Virus record (IMG/VR): IMGVR_UViG_3300036845_000721
Span: 1-64,000 of that record
DNA length: 64,000 bases
Strand: one strand, 5' to 3'
Origin: a virus
The translations under genes and the position numbers were made by a program. The notes below the pieces were generated by a model. It made no database searches. It had not been told where the DNA came from and worked only from the letters and a program-made list of their open reading frames with translations. This document shows, in pieces, positions 17,585 to 26,596 of this stretch. How positions within the stretch are numbered: position 1 is the first letter of the stretch; every line of letters begins with the position of its first letter.

Positions 17585-17901
17585 GCCAGCCAGTCCTGCC
17601 CGAGCACCTGCACGGCGGAGTGCTCCGCCCAGTCCCAGGCCTCCTGCCGGGCGCCGGGCGGCAGCGGCAGCTCGCCCGGGATTTCGTCCGGGGTCGCGTC
17701 CGGGGCACCGAGCGCGTCTTGCATGACTTGCAGCGACCGGGCGTACGCGTACGCCTCGCCGAACCCGGGCAGGCCCCGCGGGCGGCCCTCCCGGTTCGCC
17801 CGGTATACCGACGTGGCGAGCGCGAACCGGAGCTGCGCGATCGCCCGGTCCCGGGCCGCGTCCTGATTCGGCGGGGCGTACCTGGGCCTGGGCACCGTCA
17901 T
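17581..17901 (-). CDS. Hypothetical protein
   Basis: Motif at 17905-17914. Confidence 0.55.
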   Translation of the reverse strand: MTVPRPRYAPPNQDAARDRAIAQLRFALATSVYRANREGRPRGLPGFGEAYAYARSLQVMQDALGAPDATPDEIPGELPLPPGARQEAWDWAEHSAVQVLGQDWLA

Positions 17902-18362
17902 GTCCTGTCTCCTGTCTTGCCGGCTTCCGCCAGGTCCAGCAGTGCCTGCCAGCCGGGCAGGTCCAAGCGGATGGTCAGCTCGCTGTCGCCGGTATCGGCC
18001 AGGCCGAGGGCAGCCAGCCGCATCTTCGCCTGCCGCCAGTTTTCACGCAGTTCCTGCATCCGCTGGCCCGCCTGCTCGGCTTCGTCCTGCCTGCCCTGCT
18101 GTACCCGCGGGGTCATGTACCGGGCGTCCCGGCCGCTGCCCGTCTTGACCAGCGTTCCGTCGGCGACCAGGGCGTTGACCGCGCGGAGGACCTGGGCCAT
18201 GAACGCGTCGGTCATGTTCCCGCGGTCGTCATGCGCGCCCGGGACCTGCTGCCGGGCCAGCTCGTGGCGCGGCTCCCAGATGTCGAACGGGTTCTCCTCG
18301 GTCCCGGCCCAGGCCCGGACGCGGGCCAGCACGTCCTGGTAATCGGGTTTTCCGGCGGTCAT
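17898..18362 (-). CDS. Winged-helix-like protein
   Basis: QVLRAVNALVADGTLVKTGSG...RY; motif at 18367. Confidence 0.5.
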   Translation of the reverse strand: MTAGKPDYQDVLARVRAWAGTEENPFDIWEPRHELARQQVPGAHDDRGNMTDAFMAQVLRAVNALVADGTLVKTGSGRDARYMTPRVQQGRQDEAEQAGQRMQELRENWRQAKMRLAALGLADTGDSELTIRLDLPGWQALLDLAEAGKTGDRT

Positions 18363-19033
18363 GGTGCTGTCTCCTGTTCCTGATCGTCCGGTGTCTCGTC
18401 TTCGCCGGCCAGGCGCATCTCGGCCAGCCACTGCCGCATGTCCTCCCATGCCTGCGCGACGACCACGGCAGGGTCCAGGGAGCCGGCGGCGAAGGTGACC
18501 AGGCTGCGGTCGGGCCGCTCGGGACCCCCCGGCCCGGTGACGATCGTCAGCTTCGCCTGCCACGCGCACTGCGCGGCAGTGGTGAGTTCGAGGATCCAGT
18601 CCCACCCGTCAGGATCGCAGGCCGCGTCGATCGCCGTCTCGATGCCGATCAGCCCGCCTCGAAGATCAGCGACCATCTCGGCGTCGTCGCCGTTCAGCCA
18701 GACGCCGGGCACCGCGCCGTTCTCGCCCAGCCGGGGCATTGCCACCGCCCGGATGCCCGCCTCGGACAGCAGCCGGGCGAGGTGGTCGCTGCGGGCCTGG
18801 GCGCTGCCCTGCTCGTCGTCCCAGTCCTCCGGGTCACGCAGTACCTGCCGGCCGCTGATCCCGTTGATGCCGGTGAACCCGGCGGTGGCGTTGTGCCCCG
18901 GTCCCAGCTTCGCCCGGAACCCGGCGGCCCGCTCGGCCGCGCGCCACCCGTCCACGCTGACCTCGCGCTCGGGCTCGCCGGGGCGGGTCACGAAGTACAG
19001 GTACCGGGTCTCCTCGTCGCTCGGGTAAGTCAT
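18359..19033 (-). CDS. Hypothetical protein
   Basis: 224 aa; SD motif plus palindrome upstream. Confidence 0.6.
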   Translation of the reverse strand: MTYPSDEETRYLYFVTRPGEPEREVSVDGWRAAERAAGFRAKLGPGHNATAGFTGINGISGRQVLRDPEDWDDEQGSAQARSDHLARLLSEAGIRAVAMPRLGENGAVPGVWLNGDDAEMVADLRGGLIGIETAIDAACDPDGWDWILELTTAAQCAWQAKLTIVTGPGGPERPDRSLVTFAAGSLDPAVVVAQAWEDMRQWLAEMRLAGEDETPDDQEQETAP

Positions 19034-19054
19034 AGTGCTATCTCCTGTTCCTTT

Positions 19055-19070
19055 TTCCGGTCGACCGGAA
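19055..19070. promoter_or_regulatory. Palindrome TTCCGG-TCGA-CCGGAA (putative operator)
   Basis: Part of a 33-bp block (19041-19073) identical to 22554-22586. Confidence 0.65.
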
Positions 19071-19079
19071 GATCGCGGG

Positions 19080-20087
19080 CTAGTCCTCGTCGCCCTCGTC
19101 GCCCTCGTCGCCCTCGGGTCCGGCGATCATGTCGTTGTCCTGCATGTACGCCAGCAGGTCCGGCCAGTGATCGATGACGGCGGTCAGCTGGCGCCGCTCG
19201 TCCGCTTCCCGGTCCAGCTGTTCCTGGCGCAGCGGCATGTCCAGGTGCTCCCGGATCGCCTCCTGAATCATGGCGTCCAGGGTGGGCGGGTCGATCGCGT
19301 CCAGCTCCCAGCATTCGTCGGTATCGAAGGCATCGATGTAGCCGGCCGCCCGGGAGTCGGTGACCTTGACCGGGCTCGGCGGCGGGTTCAGCGCCAGCAC
19401 CTGGTCCATGTTCAGCGCGATCCGGTCGACCAGCGCGTGCGAGCGGTACATGGCCAGCCGGTCCTGGATGTCACGGCTGATGTCGATCCCGGTCGGGTCG
19501 TGGTCGCCCAGGTAGATGACCGTGCACTTGACGCCGCGGGCCTCGTGCCGGCGCAGCCGCCGGGCCGCGTCGTGGATCGCCGAGGTGGACGGGCTGCCCT
19601 TGCACTCGAACGTGGTCACGTCCCACGTTCCGGCCGCCTGCCGGATGACCTGCCCGAGGGCGGCCTTCTCCACCCAGACTTCGACGTGCTCGGGCTGCCC
19701 GGCCCAGCGGGCGCGGCGGTAGCCCTGCGCCGCGCCGGACAGGATGTCCTCCGGGCTGTCCCAGCCGTTGTCCGCGATGCCCGCAACGCGGCCCTCGTCG
19801 GTGATGTGATCCCAGTCGATCCAGCCGCCGATCCGCGCGTCGGATACCAGGTCGGTCAGCCACTTGTAGTTCTTCGTGACGTTGGCGGTGTAGTCGCCGT
19901 CGCTGCCCGGGATGAGGAACCGGCGGGAGGCCGGGAACAGGTCCCGCGCGATCAGCTGGTAGTACAGGCCCCGCAGGGTCAGCACGTAGCCCTGCGCGGC
20001 GTAGCTGGCGCAGATGGTTTCCGCGACCTCAACGACTTCCAGGGCCGCGCCGCGGAAGTCGCGCTGCTCGTAGGCGGTCTTGCTCAC
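19080..20087 (-). CDS. TOPRIM-domain protein (TopoVI-A/Spo11/JetD-like)
   Basis: TLRGLYYQL winged helix, VEVWVEK, KG.PS, IYLGDHDPTG, WELDAI. Confidence 0.75.
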   Translation of the reverse strand: MSKTAYEQRDFRGAALEVVEVAETICASYAAQGYVLTLRGLYYQLIARDLFPASRRFLIPGSDGDYTANVTKNYKWLTDLVSDARIGGWIDWDHITDEGRVAGIADNGWDSPEDILSGAAQGYRRARWAGQPEHVEVWVEKAALGQVIRQAAGTWDVTTFECKGSPSTSAIHDAARRLRRHEARGVKCTVIYLGDHDPTGIDISRDIQDRLAMYRSHALVDRIALNMDQVLALNPPPSPVKVTDSRAAGYIDAFDTDECWELDAIDPPTLDAMIQEAIREHLDMPLRQEQLDREADERRQLTAVIDHWPDLLAYMQDNDMIAGPEGDEGDEGDED

Positions 20088-20275
20088 GGCAGGCTCCCGT
20101 CAGCCGGGCGGACGGCGGTGACCCGCCAGCCGAGCAGGCCGTCGTGCTTGGTGACGTCGGCCAGCACGTCCTGCAGCCGGCTGGCCAGGTCGCCCGGCAG
20201 GGGCAGTGCAGGCCGCACGCCCTCGATCGTCACGTCGTCCTTCGGTTCCGCGGTGACCCGCAGCTCGTAGTCCAT
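20084..20275 (-). CDS. Hypothetical protein
   Basis: Motif at 20279-20288. Confidence 0.55.
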   Translation of the reverse strand: MDYELRVTAEPKDDVTIEGVRPALPLPGDLASRLQDVLADVTKHDGLLGWRVTAVRPADGSLP

Positions 20276-20303
20276 GACCTGTCTCCTGTTCCTAGTGCGG
20301 GGG

Positions 20304-21320
20304 CTACGGGACCCACAGGCCGTGCTTGATGCCCCAGTACTTCGCGTACAGGCCGTAGAACATCAGCACGGCGAAGATCACCGAGACGGTGATGATGGTG
20401 GCCTGACGGCCGCGGCTGCCCTGCTCGGCGGTAGCACGCAGCGCGAGCAGCCGCCGGAACCGCCACTTGTAAGCCTCGGGGTACCAGGCGGCGGGGGCGG
20501 CTGCGCGCATGGAGGTGAGCTGATCGCGGGCCTCGTCCCGGGCCAGTGCCCCGGCCGCGAAGGCGTCCAGCATGTGCTCGGCGGCGTAGTCGACGGCGAG
20601 CCGGCGGCGCAGGTAGTACCGCTGGACGTCCAGGCCGGGCTTGACTGCCGGGCGATGGCCGGCGAACGCGCCCGCGCCGATGCCGATGACGATCGGCACC
20701 CACCACGCGGCGGGGGTCAGCCAGCCGGCGTGGTAGCCCTGCCGGTGCGCGATCGCCATGCCGCCGAAGATGACCGCGGAGAACACGATCTCGCCGGGGA
20801 TCGCCATCAGTAGCATGGACGGGATGAACAGCAGGTACTGCAGGCCGGAGGTGTCGGCGTGACGGGGCGTGCCGCGCAGGGTCTTGTACCGGGACTGGTA
20901 CGGCGACGGCATCCGCAGGAAGCACAGCACCCGGTCGACAACCGGGGTCTTGTCCTTCAGCGGCTGGAACTTGACCAGGACCAGGACCACCAGCGCGAAG
21001 GTGACGATGGTCTCGATGATGTCGCGGCCGTACAGGTGGCGGCCGACATCGTAGTTGGCGACGACCCACTTGCCGATGCCCCAGGGAAGGGCGCCGAAGT
21101 GCCAGATCGTGTCCAGGTTGTCCCAGTCGTGCTTGAGGCTGAAGCCCCAGTACTTGCCCTGGGTGATCAGGTCGTACAGGGCGTAGACGATCCCGATGGC
21201 GACCTGGGTCAGCGCCGCGAAGTAGGCGGTGTCCTTGACCTTGGCGAAGAACGGCAGCTTCGGCAGCAGCTCGTCGGCCGCTGAGCGGGGCTGTGCGACG
21301 GGTTCGGTGGTCATGATCAT
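20304..21320 (-). CDS. Multi-pass membrane protein
   Basis: About 5-6 hydrophobic segments. Confidence 0.7.
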   Translation of the reverse strand: MIMTTEPVAQPRSAADELLPKLPFFAKVKDTAYFAALTQVAIGIVYALYDLITQGKYWGFSLKHDWDNLDTIWHFGALPWGIGKWVVANYDVGRHLYGRDIIETIVTFALVVLVLVKFQPLKDKTPVVDRVLCFLRMPSPYQSRYKTLRGTPRHADTSGLQYLLFIPSMLLMAIPGEIVFSAVIFGGMAIAHRQGYHAGWLTPAAWWVPIVIGIGAGAFAGHRPAVKPGLDVQRYYLRRRLAVDYAAEHMLDAFAAGALARDEARDQLTSMRAAAPAAWYPEAYKWRFRRLLALRATAEQGSRGRQATIITVSVIFAVLMFYGLYAKYWGIKHGLWVP

Positions 21321-21634
21321 GGTCCTTCCGGTACGTAGCCGTGCCGCCAGGCCGGCTCGCTGTCGATGTCGATGCCGGCCTCGTACTGCTGGGCCAGCCG
21401 CCTGAAACGGGCCGTGACCGCATGCCGGACTCCAGGGGGCATGGTCGCGTCGCCGCCGGACGAGACGGCGTACAGCGCGGCCTGCCGGGCGACGCTGAGT
21501 ACGCTGTGGGGGACACCTGGGTCGAAGCGGGTGAGCACGACCCGGCGGCTGTCGTCCGCGATGAGGTACATCCAGTCGTCACCCTGGGCCTGCAGAACGC
21601 CGCCGCCCATGTCGGACCAGGAGAGCACGCTCAT
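21317..21634 (-). CDS. Hypothetical protein
   Basis: Coupled ORF with SD upstream. Confidence 0.5.
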   Translation of the reverse strand: MSVLSWSDMGGGVLQAQGDDWMYLIADDSRRVVLTRFDPGVPHSVLSVARQAALYAVSSGGDATMPPGVRHAVTARFRRLAQQYEAGIDIDSEPAWRHGYVPEGP

Positions 21635-21903
21635 GGCCTGTCCTCCACGGGCGGCATGCGCCCCTCGGCCAGGGCCTCCAGGCTGGAGGGCCGGGCGGTG
21701 TAGACGTACCGGGTCAGCTCGCGCAGCACGCTGGCGAAGGCGATGGCGCGGAGCGCGGCCCGGTCGGCTGCCCGGGGCGGCTGGATGCCTTCCAGGGTCA
21801 GGGAGTCGTCCCGGGGCAGGGCCGCGTTCACGACCAGTTCCGCCCACTGGACGCAGCGGGCCAGGTCACCCACGTCTCCGGGCTGCTCCTCCGCGGCGGT
21901 CAT
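21631..21903 (-). CDS. Hypothetical protein
   Basis: 90 aa, coupled. Confidence 0.5.
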   Translation of the reverse strand: MTAAEEQPGDVGDLARCVQWAELVVNAALPRDDSLTLEGIQPPRAADRAALRAIAFASVLRELTRYVYTARPSSLEALAEGRMPPVEDRP

Positions 21904-22121
21904 GACGCCGCCGCCGGCGGCTGCCCGAGGGCCGCCAGGATCGCGCTGGCTTCCGCTGCCATCGCGGCTTCCGTGCCCGGAACGCCGTGCTCCCGGCGGT
22001 GCCGGGTCAGCGCGAGTGCCGCGATGACCGCCTGCGGCGCGGCTCCGGCCAGGAAGACCAGCGCGTCGTGCATCTCTGCCGGCGTCAGGCTGGCCGTGTC
22101 CAGCTGCTCGATGGCGGTCAT
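21900..22121 (-). CDS. Hypothetical protein
   Basis: Coupled ORF starting MTAIEQL. Confidence 0.5.
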   Translation of the reverse strand: MTAIEQLDTASLTPAEMHDALVFLAGAAPQAVIAALALTRHRREHGVPGTEAAMAAEASAILAALGQPPAAAS

Positions 22122-22546
22122 GATGCTGTCGCGGACGGGCTGGCCGGGGCGCTGGCGCCCTGGGACTGCGCGTAGGTGACGACGTTCTGCAGCCAGGTGT
22201 CGCGGGCCGAGCCCGGTCCCTTGGTGTGCAGTACGGCGAGGGTGAACGTCTTGACCGCGTAGGCCTCGATCTTGGCGGTGTCGCCCTGCGGGAAGGTGGC
22301 CTTGATCGCCGCCTGCACCGACATGACCGGGTGGACCGGGTGGAAGTTCGCCTGCAGGTTGGCGAGCAGCTGCTGCTCGGTCGCGGACAGGTCGCTGCTG
22401 ACGGTCGGGTTGGCGAGCGCGGACGCGGCCCGTGATGACGCGGCAGCCGCGCCCGGGCTGGTGGCTGTCTTGGTGCTGCACGCCGCAGCTGACGCGATAA
22501 GGACCGCGGCGGTCACGACGAGGGCAGTACGGGCGATGCGGTTCAT
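22118..22546 (-). CDS. Lipoprotein
   Basis: Basic N-terminus, hydrophobic core, AAAC lipobox, Ser/Ala linker. Confidence 0.65.
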   Translation of the reverse strand: MNRIARTALVVTAAVLIASAAACSTKTATSPGAAAASSRAASALANPTVSSDLSATEQQLLANLQANFHPVHPVMSVQAAIKATFPQGDTAKIEAYAVKTFTLAVLHTKGPGSARDTWLQNVVTYAQSQGASAPASPSATAS

Positions 22547-22567
22547 TGATCTGTCTCCTGTTCCTTT

Positions 22568-22583
22568 TTCCGGTCGACCGGAA
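22568..22583. promoter_or_regulatory. Palindrome TTCCGG-TCGA-CCGGAA (putative operator)
   Basis: Just upstream of the CAGGAGACAG motif of the lipoprotein gene. Confidence 0.65.
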
Positions 22584-22591
22584 GATTCCGG

Positions 22592-22963
22592 TCAGAGTGC
22601 CTGCTGCACCAGGGCAGCCAGCGTATCGTCGGCCAGTTTCAGCGCCCAGCCCGGCGCGCCGGCGCGGGAGCCGTGGAAGTTCTCGCCGACGGCGCGGCCG
22701 GGGGTGCCGTCCTGGCGCAGCCGCAGGCCGCTGATGGTCAGGCTGACCAGCTTGATGTCGCCCGGCTCGGGGCAGAGATCGGTGACCTCCGGGCCGGCTG
22801 CGCGAGCCTCGAACGCCAGGTACAGCTTGTCCGGCCGGTAAGCGGCGCCGTCCTTGGCGTACGGCACGGGGCGGTCCGGGACGCTGCCCGGGACGATCTC
22901 GATGTCCCGGGACCAGCTGGCGAGTACCCGCGCGCTGTCGGCGGCGATCCGCGGTTCGCTCAT
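22592..22963 (-). CDS. Hypothetical protein
   Basis: 123 aa with SD. Confidence 0.55.
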   Translation of the reverse strand: MSEPRIAADSARVLASWSRDIEIVPGSVPDRPVPYAKDGAAYRPDKLYLAFEARAAGPEVTDLCPEPGDIKLVSLTISGLRLRQDGTPGRAVGENFHGSRAGAPGWALKLADDTLAALVQQAL

Positions 22964-22968
22964 GGTTC

Positions 22969-23091
22969 CTACCGTCCCTTCCCGCCCTGCTTCACGCTTC
23001 CGCTCTCGTGCTTGCCGCCGCCGCTGCCGGTGCTGCCGGAGCCGCCGCTGCTGCCCTTGCCGTCGCCGTTGCCGCCCTTGTGCTCGGCCAT
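22969..23091 (-). CDS. 40-aa Gly/Ser/Lys-rich micropeptide (below the ORF-track cutoff)
   Basis: MAEHKGGNGDGKGSSGGSGSTGSGGGKHESGSVKQGGKGR; CAGGAGACAG at 23102-23111. Confidence 0.55.
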   Translation of the reverse strand: MAEHKGGNGDGKGSSGGSGSTGSGGGKHESGSVKQGGKGR

Positions 23092-23133
23092 GATCCTTCT
23101 CCTGTCTCCTGATCTTGATCCTGATCGTGTGGA

Positions 23134-23176
23134 ACTGCCCGCGCCGGGGAGCCTAGCTCAGCCCGGCGCGGGCAGT
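23134..23176. terminator. Stem-loop / terminator candidate
   Basis: Perfect 15-bp inverted repeat ACTGCCCGCGCCGGG / CCCGGCGCGGGCAGT directly after the stop of 23180-23452. Confidence 0.6.
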
Positions 23177-23179
23177 GTC

Positions 23180-23452
23180 TCAGTCCCCGGTTACCCGGAT
23201 ACGGGGGATCCGGTAATCGGGGTGGCCCGGGTCGGAATGGCTTTCGTGCCCGGTCAGCAGCCCCTCGATCCGGACCCGGATGAACCGGGGGGTCGTCGCC
23301 TGGCCGGGGGTGTCCAGCAGGTAGAGCACCGAGTTCCGGCACGCCCGGCAGTTCGCCAGGAGCACCGACGCCTCCACGCTGGCGTCAGCGGCTTCCTGCA
23401 GCAGCACATCGAGCGCGTCAGTCAGGGCGGGACCGGCGGTGACCTGGGTCAT
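23180..23452 (-). CDS. Hypothetical protein
   Basis: 90 aa, follows the DUF932-like gene. Confidence 0.5.
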   Translation of the reverse strand: MTQVTAGPALTDALDVLLQEAADASVEASVLLANCRACRNSVLYLLDTPGQATTPRFIRVRIEGLLTGHESHSDPGHPDYRIPRIRVTGD

Positions 23453-23454
23453 TG

Positions 23455-24819
23455 TCAGGCCCGCTTGGCCAGGTTCTGCATGACCGTGACGGCCTGGCGG
23501 TCCATCTCGGCGGCACGGTCGCCGCTGCCGATGGTCTGGCTGTAGGCGGTGATCGCGTTGGCGACCTGGCCGGCGGTGCCCTTCTCGGTGTTGCCGCCGC
23601 CCATCAGGAACATGTCCCAGACGCCGGCCGCCTCGGCCTTGGTGAACCCGGCGGCCCGGGTGACGTCCGTGACGACCTGCTCGGGGTGGGCGACCGGCGT
23701 GCCGGCCAGCGCCTCGATGTCACGGACCTGGCCGAGGAACCATTCCGGGCTGGTGAAGGTCCGCACCGCGTCCTTGGTCTGCTCGCGGATCAGGGCCAGC
23801 TCGGCGGCGTCGGTCTCGGCGGAGACCTGGATGACGCCGGGCTGCTTCTCGCTGCCGAGGTGGGAGCGCTTGTCGGCCTCGGCCAGCAGGGTCAGGCCGT
23901 TCCGGCAGGCCTGGACCCGGACCTCGGGGAAGATGTTCCGGCCGCCGTCACCGACGTCGGAGCAGGTAACCCGGATGCCGGCGAACACGATGGGCTCCTC
24001 GCCCGGCTTGTAGCCCTTGCCCTCCAGCTGGGCGGCGCGGAACGCGTCGGAGACGGTCCAGCCGCGCCAGCGGGAGTCGACCCGCAGCTTCATGCCGGGC
24101 CGGTCGCCGCCGTCCTCCGGACCCTTGCCGAGCTCGCCGGCCCGCCTCACGCCGCGGCCGTTGCCGTCGTCCAGCGGGGAGCGGTAGCCGTCCAGCAGCT
24201 TCGGCGCCAGCGCGGCCATGGCGGGGATGACGAACCGGACGTCCATCCGGCGCGAGGACAGCTGGCAGATGTCGGGCACGGGCGTGATGCCGGCCTCGGT
24301 GAAGCCCTCCAGGACGGCGGTCAGCACGTCGATGTTGTCCATGTCGACCCGGAACCGGGCGGACCGGACCGCGCGGAGCACGCCGTCGGTCTCGTTGTCG
24401 CCGCGCAGCATGCGCAGCAGCAGGCTCTTGCCGTAGCCGGGGAACTCCTGCTCCAGGTCGTCCTCGATCACCTCGGAGCCGTGCAGCATGAGATTGACGT
24501 TGGCGTCCCAGACGTCGGTGCGGGCCGGGTCGCGCTCGCGGAGCCGCTTGAGGTAGCCGCCGTCGATGCCGAGCATCTGGCCCAGGCCCTCGTCGGCGAT
24601 ATCGGTGGGCAGGTAGAACCCGGCCGCGTTGACCACGCCGGACGGGGTGACCAGCTGGGTCTTCTCGCCGGGCAGGACGACGATGCGCCCGCCCTCGGCG
24701 CGGATCATGTCCGGGCTGACCACGAGGTCCAGCCGGCGGGCGCGCTGCTGCTCCAGCAGGGCGCGGATGGTGGTGATGTCGGCGTTCCGTGCGGTGATGA
24801 GGTCGATCGCTGCCGTCAT
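23455..24819 (-). CDS. DUF932-like (phage/plasmid TIGR03299-type) protein
   Basis: LRAVRSARF..MDN.DVL, AGI...SDVG.G...I.P...VQAC.NG, H...VANAIT..SQ. Confidence 0.65.
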   Translation of the reverse strand: MTAAIDLITARNADITTIRALLEQQRARRLDLVVSPDMIRAEGGRIVVLPGEKTQLVTPSGVVNAAGFYLPTDIADEGLGQMLGIDGGYLKRLRERDPARTDVWDANVNLMLHGSEVIEDDLEQEFPGYGKSLLLRMLRGDNETDGVLRAVRSARFRVDMDNIDVLTAVLEGFTEAGITPVPDICQLSSRRMDVRFVIPAMAALAPKLLDGYRSPLDDGNGRGVRRAGELGKGPEDGGDRPGMKLRVDSRWRGWTVSDAFRAAQLEGKGYKPGEEPIVFAGIRVTCSDVGDGGRNIFPEVRVQACRNGLTLLAEADKRSHLGSEKQPGVIQVSAETDAAELALIREQTKDAVRTFTSPEWFLGQVRDIEALAGTPVAHPEQVVTDVTRAAGFTKAEAAGVWDMFLMGGGNTEKGTAGQVANAITAYSQTIGSGDRAAEMDRQAVTVMQNLAKRA

Positions 24820-24865
24820 GAGATCCTGGTCCTTGTCTCTCGGGTGTATCTTGCTGTCTGATTAC

Positions 24866-24894
24866 AGTCTACGCTTCCGTCCCCGGCGACGCAA
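24866..24894 (-). promoter_or_regulatory. Sigma70/HrdB-type promoter TTGCGT-N17-TAGACT
   Basis: Reverse complement of AGTCTA (24866-24871) and ACGCAA (24889-24894), 17-bp spacer, upstream of the DUF932-like gene. Confidence 0.65.
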
Positions 24895-24984
24895 ATTCCG
24901 TCTCCGGAGACAGAAAAGCAGCGAGCCCCGGAACCGTACCGCTATCCCGGGACTCGCTTATGCCGGCGTGGAGGAATCATGCCG

Positions 24985-25284
24985 TTACTGGCTGAAACGA
25001 TCCTGCCCTGCCGGCGGTTCAGGAACCTGGCCCTCCTGGCCGGTGCCCGGACGGTCGCGCCTCCGCCTGGACCGCGCGTAGCGGACGGTGGGGATCGCTG
25101 CCATCAGCGTCCAGAAGCCGATGACCCACCAGGTAACCGGCTCGTCCTGGCCGCCTCCCTGGTTGTCGAAGTTCAGCTTCGCGCGGGTGTAGTGCGCCAC
25201 GACGCAGATGACCGCGACCAGCCACAGCGCCCCGAGATAGGCGGCAGGGTGCGGTTCCCGCTGCCACCAGGGTTTCCTGTCCAT
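24985..25284 (-). CDS. Small two-TM membrane protein
   Basis: Two hydrophobic helices and a basic C-terminal tail; motif at 25289. Confidence 0.65.
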   Translation of the reverse strand: MDRKPWWQREPHPAAYLGALWLVAVICVVAHYTRAKLNFDNQGGGQDEPVTWWVIGFWTLMAAIPTVRYARSRRRRDRPGTGQEGQVPEPPAGQDRFSQ

Positions 25285-25311
25285 CCGCCTGTCTCCTGAT
25301 CTGTGATGTGC

Positions 25312-25353
25312 CGAGCGCCCGGCCCCGGATTGTTACCGGGAACCGGGCGCTCG
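25312..25353. terminator. Stem-loop / terminator candidate
   Basis: 11-bp stem CGAGCGCCCGG / CCGGGCGCTCG with an inner extension. Confidence 0.5.
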
Positions 25354-25386
25354 CGATGGGGGCCGGGTACTGCTACGGGATGGCGG

Positions 25387-25878
25387 TCAGTGGTACAGGT
25401 GGACCGCGTTCTCCAGGGACGCCGCGCCGGAACCCGCCTCAGTGCCGGTCTCGTCCCAGACGCCGGCCACCGTGCCGCGGTGGTAGGTAGTCGGGGTGAT
25501 CACCATGTCCTCCGACCGCGCGCCCTGCGGGTCGACAGCCGGGTAGTTGGAGTCGAGAATGACGTTGTCGCCGATGCAGAGACCGTTGACCCGGAGGACC
25601 TGGTGTCCGGCCGGGAGGCCCTTGTCGACCAGGACGCCGGAGATCAGGCCGTTGTCGCCGACGTGGAGGAAGACCGGGTACGTGAACGTGCTGCCCTGGA
25701 ACGTCAGGTCCAGGACGTTGTACCCGTTCAGGTTGGCCGCGCAGGCGTGGTGCGCCGGACGCGGCGGGAAGTTGGCCGTGGCCGCGCTGGCGCCTGACGC
25801 CATGGCGAGCGAGCCGATTGCCAGACCGCCAGCGGCCAGGGTTCCGATACCGGCGAGAAACTTGGTGCGGAATTGCAT
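25387..25878 (-). CDS. Secreted protein
   Basis: Signal peptide ending in ASA-A; beta-rich mature part. Confidence 0.65.
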   Translation of the reverse strand: MQFRTKFLAGIGTLAAGGLAIGSLAMASGASAATANFPPRPAHHACAANLNGYNVLDLTFQGSTFTYPVFLHVGDNGLISGVLVDKGLPAGHQVLRVNGLCIGDNVILDSNYPAVDPQGARSEDMVITPTTYHRGTVAGVWDETGTEAGSGAASLENAVHLYH

Positions 25879-25988
25879 GTGATCTCCTGTTTCCTGTTGC
25901 TCCCCAGCGCGGGGCCATCCTGCGCTGTCTTTTACAGTCTACGATGCAGGGCGGATCGAATACGCCCTCATCCCGGTGTGATCAATGT

Positions 25989-26018
25989 CACGTGCAGTTT
26001 CCCGTGAAACTGCACGTG
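25989..26018. terminator. Stem-loop / terminator candidate
   Basis: Perfect 13-bp stem CACGTGCAGTTTC / GAAACTGCACGTG with a 4-nt loop, just after the stop at 26025. Confidence 0.6.
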
Positions 26019-26024
26019 CATGTG

Positions 26025-26465
26025 CTATCGCGGCGCCCAGAAACCGTACACGCAGCGAGTCCCGTCACGGCACGGGTCATAGAGGTCATGCACCGTGCCG
26101 TCGATAACGGCAGCGTAGTGCCGGGACAGCGCTGTGACTAGCCGGCCGCCGGGCAGCTCGCCGGCCGCCAGGTGCACGGTGCAGCCGGTGCCGATCCGCA
26201 TCAGCGGGTGCCAGGCCCAGCCCAGCTCGCCCATCAGCCTGCGCATCAGCGGGGTGTAGACGCCCTCGCGGGCCGAAGACGGCCGGCGCCCGGGAACCCG
26301 GCGCTCCAGCCGCTGGACAGACCCGTTGATCAGGCTGTACGCGTCCGCATACGACATCGGGACGGCGATCGCGATGGCGCGGCAGGCGCAGTCGCTGGTC
26401 TCGCCCCGGTACCCGGCCGCGTAACGGCCGCCGTCGTCGTGCAGCCACGGCAGCGGCGCGGTCAC
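26025..26465 (-). CDS. Conserved phage protein (DC..RAIAIA family)
   Basis: DDGGR..AGY.G...DCACRAIAIA...HYAAVIDG...D..D. Confidence 0.7.
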   Translation of the reverse strand: MTAPLPWLHDDGGRYAAGYRGETSDCACRAIAIAVPMSYADAYSLINGSVQRLERRVPGRRPSSAREGVYTPLMRRLMGELGWAWHPLMRIGTGCTVHLAAGELPGGRLVTALSRHYAAVIDGTVHDLYDPCRDGTRCVYGFWAPR

Positions 26466-26596
26466 GGCCGGCCCCCGCGGCGGTGCCTGCGGCGGTTCTC
26501 CGGCCAGAACGCCACGGCGAGGATGATGATCATCAGCACGGCGAAAAAGGACCCGAGAATCCAGTCCCACTGCCGCTCGGTCAGGATCATGCCCAT
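26462..26596 (-). CDS. 44-aa single-TM peptide
   Basis: WILGSFFAVLMIIILAVAFW followed by an Arg-rich tail; coupled overlaps. Confidence 0.5.
   Translation of the reverse strand: MGMILTERQWDWILGSFFAVLMIIILAVAFWPENRRRHRRGGRP

Noticed and set aside
24968-25299. Plus-strand ORF 24979-25299 with a good GGAGGA SD
   Set aside because: It is fully antisense to a convincing 2-TM gene that has its own start motif, and the product has no features. Its third codon TTA is just the complement of that gene's TAA.
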